In this document: positions 59,564 through 64,000 of the stretch, in pieces | How the letters are laid out: each line of letters opens with the position of its first letter | How positions within the stretch are numbered: position 1 is the first letter of the stretch | From: Faecousia sp. | GTDB taxonomy: Bacteria; Bacillota; Clostridia; Oscillospirales; Oscillospiraceae | NCBI GenBank assembly: GCA_045576715.1 | Contig: JAZNHB010000038.1 | Location: 8,100-72,099 of the forward strand | Direction: 5' to 3' | DNA length: 64,000 nt | The notes under the pieces: generated by a model | Told to the model about the DNA's origin: nothing | The model's input: the letters and a program-made list of their open reading frames with translations, nothing else | Databases searched by the model: none | Translations under genes and position numbers: made by a program

Positions 59564-60535
59564 TCAGAAGCCCCCCTTTCTAAACAGGGTGTAGAAGGCA
59601 TACATGGTGCAGGCCACCACCATGCCCACGCAGATATTCAGCGGCAGGATCAAACCGCTGCTCAAAATTGCTCCGGCTTGGCCCAAGGGAATGCCGCTCT
59701 CCAAGTGATTGGCACCGGTAAAGAAAGAATAACTTTTTGCCAAACAGTAAAAGGACAAAGAAACCACACTGATCCGCTTGTAGGTCTTTTCCGTAAAGAA
59801 CCGGTTCAGCTTTTCAAAGCCAAAGGCGTTGGCATACAGGATCAGTCCTGCGCCGATAATGGCACCGCCGGAGAAACCGCCTCCGGGTGAAATATGACCG
59901 TTGAGGATCACATAAATGCCGAAGATGATGATAATGGGAAACAGCAGAAAGGTAACCCTCTGGAGGATGCCGTCATCCTTGGGTTCATAGTGTTGTTCCC
60001 GGCGTTGCTCCGCTTCTTCTTCGTGTTTTTCTTTTTTCTTATCGCTGCGCAGCAGGATCAATACCGTGCAGGTGGCGATAAACAGCACATTGGATTCACC
60101 AAAGGTATCAAAGGCGCGGTAATCCAAAATCATACCGGTAACAATATTCACAGCACCGGTATCCTGCAGGCCATCTTCAATATACTTGGAAGCCACTTCG
60201 TTGCTGGCGGGATTGTCCGCCGCACCTACAGGCGGGAGGTGGGAAACTGCCGTCAGCAGCATTAAAATCAACGCCAAACAGCACATCACGGAAGCGATCT
60301 TATAGAAACGGCGGAAATTCTTATATGTCCGGTTGTGTTCGCGGTCATAGACATTGCGGATAACTGCGTTCTGATCCCGGAGATGCTCCCGGACCAAACG
60401 CTCGTTTGGAAGGTATTCTTGTTGCCGGTGTGTTTCCATGTTGTCGCAGAACGGATCAGCGTCGCCGCCGATCCAGCGCAGCAGCCGTGTCAAAGGTTTT
60501 TTACTGTATTCTTCCTCCGGAATGGGCTTACTCAT
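59564..60535 (-). CDS. mrpB: MrpB/MbhEF-like subunit
   Basis: 'NIVTGMILDYRAFDTFGE', 'GHISPGGGFSGG'. Confidence 0.88.
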   Translation of the reverse strand: MSKPIPEEEYSKKPLTRLLRWIGGDADPFCDNMETHRQQEYLPNERLVREHLRDQNAVIRNVYDREHNRTYKNFRRFYKIASVMCCLALILMLLTAVSHLPPVGAADNPASNEVASKYIEDGLQDTGAVNIVTGMILDYRAFDTFGESNVLFIATCTVLILLRSDKKKEKHEEEAEQRREQHYEPKDDGILQRVTFLLFPIIIIFGIYVILNGHISPGGGFSGGAIIGAGLILYANAFGFEKLNRFFTEKTYKRISVVSLSFYCLAKSYSFFTGANHLESGIPLGQAGAILSSGLILPLNICVGMVVACTMYAFYTLFRKGGF

Positions 60536-60785
60536 CAGAGTCACCTTCTTCCTTCATAGCATGAATCTTCTTGAGTGTTACAAAGAACAAAAGGCTTGTA
60601 ACGCCTGCACCAACGGCAGCTTCTGTAATCGCCAGATCCGGAGATTCCAGCAGAATCCAAATAATGGACATAACCAGACTGTAGGACATAAAGATCAAAA
60701 TAGAGTTCAGCAAATTCTTTGAAAAGCTGACAGCAATAGCGCAGACAATCAAAAAGCCAAGCAAAATATACTCAAAAATCAGCAT
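60528..60785 (-). CDS. DUF4040/MbhD-like small subunit (split MrpA C-domain)
   Basis: 'SPDLAITEAAVGAG'. Confidence 0.85.
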   Translation of the reverse strand: MLIFEYILLGFLIVCAIAVSFSKNLLNSILIFMSYSLVMSIIWILLESPDLAITEAAVGAGVTSLLFFVTLKKIHAMKEEGDSDE

Positions 60786-61129
60786 AGCTCGTCCTCCCAG
60801 GTGTCCTTCGGCAGTTCACAATGCTCCTCCAATTGTTCGTTGGTTACTACTTCCAGACGGGAAATCAGATGAGAAGAAACAGGAGAAGCCAGCCATAGGA
60901 ATACAACAACCAAGGCCATCTTCAAAGAGTTGAAATTGAATCCGGACAAAAGGATCAGTCCTGTCAGCGAAACACCAAGACCCAAGGTATCACCCATTGC
61001 AGCAGCATGCATCCGGTTAAGCACATATTTGAACTTATAAACGCCAAAAATCTGCAGCATAAAAATTGCAAGGCCCAACAGCAACAAGACGACACCTGCT
61101 ACAAAACGAATCCATTCAAGAATCTGCAT
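60779..61129 (-). CDS. mrpG: Mrp subunit G
   Basis: 'RMHAAAMGDTLG', 'SPVSSHLI'. Confidence 0.9.
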   Translation of the reverse strand: MQILEWIRFVAGVVLLLLGLAIFMLQIFGVYKFKYVLNRMHAAAMGDTLGLGVSLTGLILLSGFNFNSLKMALVVVFLWLASPVSSHLISRLEVVTNEQLEEHCELPKDTWEDELC

Positions 61130-61448
61130 TGCCGCTTTCCTCCTTCTTTTTTTCTTCCCGCGCTTTCCTTTGTCTGTAGACACCGGTATAGATTCGGGTC
61201 AGAACAACCACTGCCAAAAAACTGATCATGGCATAGATCAAGCAGATATCCATTAGGTATCCTTGATCCTTTACCACAGACAGCAATGCAATCATAACCA
61301 TAACGATGGTACCCATCATATTGACCGCTACCAGTCGATCCGCGATTCTGGGACCTTTCACGGCACGGATCAGGCAAAGAACTAACATGAGTGCCAACAC
61401 ACACAAGATACCGTAAAACAGAGCACTATACTCCTGTATCAGTTCCAT
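61116..61448 (-). CDS. mrpF: Mrp subunit F
   Basis: 'RAVKGPRIADRLVA', 'DICLIYAMISF'. Confidence 0.9.
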   Translation of the reverse strand: MELIQEYSALFYGILCVLALMLVLCLIRAVKGPRIADRLVAVNMMGTIVMVMIALLSVVKDQGYLMDICLIYAMISFLAVVVLTRIYTGVYRQRKAREEKKKEESGNADS

Positions 61449-61450
61449 TC

Positions 61451-61912
61451 TTATTCCTCCTCCATTTTGTGCAGCAGGCGGACAAATACGGAGTCCTCCA
61501 TACCCTGGGAAAGAGATTTGTCCAAACAATGCACCAGCAGATCATTTTCTGTCAGAGCTACAGTAATGGTACCAGGGGTCAAGGTAATGGAGTTTGCTAA
61601 CATCATCCGTGCCGTTTCGGTTTTCAGATCCGTACGGACATGGACGATCACCGGCTCCATTTGTTCCTTTCTCGTCAGGATCATGCGAGATACCGTAATG
61701 TTCGCTGCAATGATTTCCTTAACCAAATAGTATAGGTATTGACAAAAAGAAGGTATTTTCTTATAGAAACGCAATTCCTTTTGTAAGCTGTAGCCCATGA
61801 ATTTGCAGACAAACGCAAACACTGCACCTGCCACAGCAACACCGAACAAAGCAATTTCCAAAGTCAGTCTTCCGTTGAAAACGACCCACACTAGAAAAAA
61901 CAGCAGCAGCAT
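61451..61912 (-). CDS. mrpE: Mrp subunit E
   Basis: 'LANSITLTPGT', 'LLVHCLD'. Confidence 0.92.
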   Translation of the reverse strand: MLLLFFLVWVVFNGRLTLEIALFGVAVAGAVFAFVCKFMGYSLQKELRFYKKIPSFCQYLYYLVKEIIAANITVSRMILTRKEQMEPVIVHVRTDLKTETARMMLANSITLTPGTITVALTENDLLVHCLDKSLSQGMEDSVFVRLLHKMEEE

Positions 61913-62243
61913 GTTGATACTCCTATCCAAATAAAGTTCGCCAAAATTCGGCATTATAATTTTAGCACTATGGCGTCAAAATGCAAGGGGTTGTTTCAAT
62001 AAGGCGTACATAATACGATGTTATTTAGCAAAGATGATCCTAAGAAATATCTGTTGCGTACAAATTCCCCATTCATGCCGAAAAGCGTAAAAAAACTGAC
62101 CCGATTGGGTCAGCAGGATGATGATCTGCATCAGAATAAATTCTTCCTTATGAGAAACTGCCGTCTTCTATGTTAGCAAATTTTTTCATAATCCACCTCG
62201 TAAATAGAAAAGTGCGGACGGTACGCCCGTCCGCACCTAAGGT

Positions 62244-63119
62244 TTATGCCTTTTCAGCAGCCTCAACAACATGCTTCATCAGCACGGTGGTAGTCACGGC
62301 ACCAACGCCGCCGGGAACGGGGGTAATGGCCTCAACAATGGGCTCAACCTCGTCGTACACAGCGTCGCCGGACATACCGCCCTTGCCCTTGGAGGTGATC
62401 TTTTCGGGATTCCAGTTCATGGAAACATCGATAACGATCTGGCCTTCGCGGACATATTCCTTGGTCAGGCTGTTCAGCACACCGGCTGCAGAAATGATGA
62501 TGTCAGCCTCGCGGCACACAGCAGCGGTATCCACAGTCTTGGTGTGGCAGACGGTCACGGTGGCATTCTTACCGATGAGCATCATAGCGGCAGGCTTGCC
62601 CACCACTAAGCTGCGGCCAATGACCACAGCGGACTTGCCCTTGCAGTCGATGCCGTAGTAGTCCAGAATTTCCATACAAGCAGAAGGTGTGCAAGGTGCG
62701 TAACCCAGATCGTCGCGGCCCTGATAAACACCGGCGCTGGAAAGATCGGTCAGACAGTCCATATCCTTCTTGGGATCCAGACGGTTGCAGATTTCTCTCT
62801 GATAGGGGCGCAGGTGGTTGGGGAAAGGCTGGAACATCAGCACGCCATGAACGGAGGTATCTGCGTTGACCTTTTCGATCACATCAATAACAGCCTCCCG
62901 GGTTGCATCCTCGGGCAGCTCCAATACCTTCACGTCCACACCGACGGTTTCCGCCTTCTTCATTGCGCCCTTTTCATAGCTCAGATCATCGGGGCGAGCG
63001 CCCACACGAATAATGCCCAAAGTGGGGTTCACACCCTTGGCGCGCAACGCGCCGGTACGCTCCAGCAGGTTGGCTACCAGAGCCTCGTTTACTTCCTTGC
63101 CAAGCAGTTGCTTTGCCAT
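62244..63119 (-). CDS. folD: Methylene-THF dehydrogenase/methenyl-THF cyclohydrolase
   Basis: 'PCTP', 'VIGRSLVVGKP', 'ITPVPGGVG'. Confidence 0.93.
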   Translation of the reverse strand: MAKQLLGKEVNEALVANLLERTGALRAKGVNPTLGIIRVGARPDDLSYEKGAMKKAETVGVDVKVLELPEDATREAVIDVIEKVNADTSVHGVLMFQPFPNHLRPYQREICNRLDPKKDMDCLTDLSSAGVYQGRDDLGYAPCTPSACMEILDYYGIDCKGKSAVVIGRSLVVGKPAAMMLIGKNATVTVCHTKTVDTAAVCREADIIISAAGVLNSLTKEYVREGQIVIDVSMNWNPEKITSKGKGGMSGDAVYDEVEPIVEAITPVPGGVGAVTTTVLMKHVVEAAEKA

Positions 63120-63148
63120 AGTGATTTCCTCCTATGTAATAATCACAG

Positions 63149-63248
63149 TTGTCATTGCGAGGAGGGCATATGCCCGACGTGGCAATCTCAATCACATTTT
63201 TGCAGGAGATTCCCACGACCAGTCTGCGGACTGGTCTCGGAATGACAA
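63149..63248. repeat. GTCA-type REP/REPIN palindromic element
   Basis: TTGTCATTGCGAG...GTGGCAATCTC / GAGATTCCCAC...CTCGGAATGACAA, with inner hairpins. Confidence 0.75.
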
Positions 63249-63269
63249 TAAATTTTAAATACTCGCCGC

Positions 63270-63890
63270 TTACAGGCCGAAGCCGGCTTTTACTGTGTTG
63301 AAGATCTCGTCGGCCATTGCGCCGTACTTATCCAGCATACCCAGCGCCTTTGCGTTCATTTCCTCGGCAACTTCACGGTTTTTAAGGGTCTTGGTATTGA
63401 TAAATACATTGAGGCTTGCAGCCTGCAAAGCTGCCTTGCAGCACACAGCGCCACAGCCGGCATCGGAAACAGCCAAGCGGCTGCCCTTAGCGGCAAACAC
63501 AGCGATGTACTCGATGGCCTGGCAGCACAGCTCCATGATCTTCATAGGTGTGGAGCAAGCAATAATGGTAGCCTCTTCCATAACCGCGTCACGGATGGGG
63601 TCATCCTTGGGAATGCCGTAAGCCTTTGCCAGGGGCAGGAAGTTCACTTCGTCAGCCTCAACCTGGTCCAAAAGCTCTTTCTGCAGGGCATCGCACTTTG
63701 CCTTCAGGTCAATGATCTCAGCTTCTACCTCGGCATACTTCTTCTTGCCGACGGTCAAAGAGCCGACCATATTGCCCAGAGCAGTGCCGATAGCGCCTAC
63801 CAGAGCGGCAGCACCGCCGCCACCGGGTGCGGGAGCGTCAGATGCCAGAACCTCCACAAACTTGCGGCAGGTTTCCAATGTCATATCCAT
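63270..63890 (-). CDS. fchA: Methenyl-THF cyclohydrolase / formiminotransferase-cyclodeaminase family
   Basis: 'LASDAPAPGGGGAAAL', 'LTVGKKKY', 'SDAG', 'NVFIN'; upstream of folD. Confidence 0.88.
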   Translation of the reverse strand: MDMTLETCRKFVEVLASDAPAPGGGGAAALVGAIGTALGNMVGSLTVGKKKYAEVEAEIIDLKAKCDALQKELLDQVEADEVNFLPLAKAYGIPKDDPIRDAVMEEATIIACSTPMKIMELCCQAIEYIAVFAAKGSRLAVSDAGCGAVCCKAALQAASLNVFINTKTLKNREVAEEMNAKALGMLDKYGAMADEIFNTVKAGFGL

Positions 63891-63912
63891 AATATGTAAT
63901 CTCCTCTTTTTT

Positions 63913-63968
63913 GTAGGGAATGCATTTATGCATTCCGATTTTGCGGAACGGATAAATCCGTTCCCTAC
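63913..63968. repeat. GTAG-type REP doublet
   Basis: GTAGGGAATGCATTTATGCATTCCG...CGGAACGGATAAATCCGTTCCCTAC. Confidence 0.75.
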
Positions 63969-64000
63969 GTAATAATGTTCCAAAAGCAGAGGCGGCGAAC

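Noticed and set aside
48716-61912. Complete complex I or formate hydrogenlyase
   Set aside because: NuoH, NuoB/C/D/I and NiFe or FeFe catalytic subunits are absent from the window.
1-64000. CRISPR array, tRNA or rRNA genes, intact IS transposase
   Set aside because: No regularly spaced repeats, cloverleaf or rRNA signatures, or transposase ORFs were recognised by eye.

Overview
Chromosomal window from an anaerobic Firmicute, probably an Oscillospiraceae/Clostridia-type gut or rumen organism (inferred from gene content and codon style). All product calls come from recognising motifs by eye; no database searches were run. (1) 1-13.8 kb is the distal part of a Wzx/Wzy surface-polysaccharide locus: Wzy, glycosyltransferases, deacetylase, TupA-like ATP-grasp ligase plus Asp racemase, flippase, fnlABC, ugd and a nucleotidyltransferase. 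A Zn-ribbon-AbiH putative anti-phage gene sits between fnlB and fnlC. (2) 13.9-14.8 kb is an island-boundary scar with a degenerate copy of the guaA 3' end, integrase arm-type repeats and a truncated tyrosine integrase. (3) 14.8-33 kb holds nagB, an AraC regulator divergent from two paralogous QueG/reductive-dehalogenase-like Fe-S proteins, DUF624 genes, feoAB with operator boxes, and housekeeping genes (ricT/yaaT, holB, CBS-PPase, mnmG, trmB, CsoR-family repressor). (4) 33-64 kb is a tungsten/formate C1 module. It contains an internally deleted AOR homolog, a P3-less Moco (tungsten-cofactor-type) riboswitch, moeA-moeA/PBP-moaA-moaC-mog, moaE, tupABC with a circularly permuted TupA, a MobA-FdhD fusion, a Cys-type formate dehydrogenase divergent from HydC/HydB-like subunits, a 10-gene Mrp-type cluster with four pump-like subunits, folD and fchA. 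REP-like palindromes occur in several intergenic regions.
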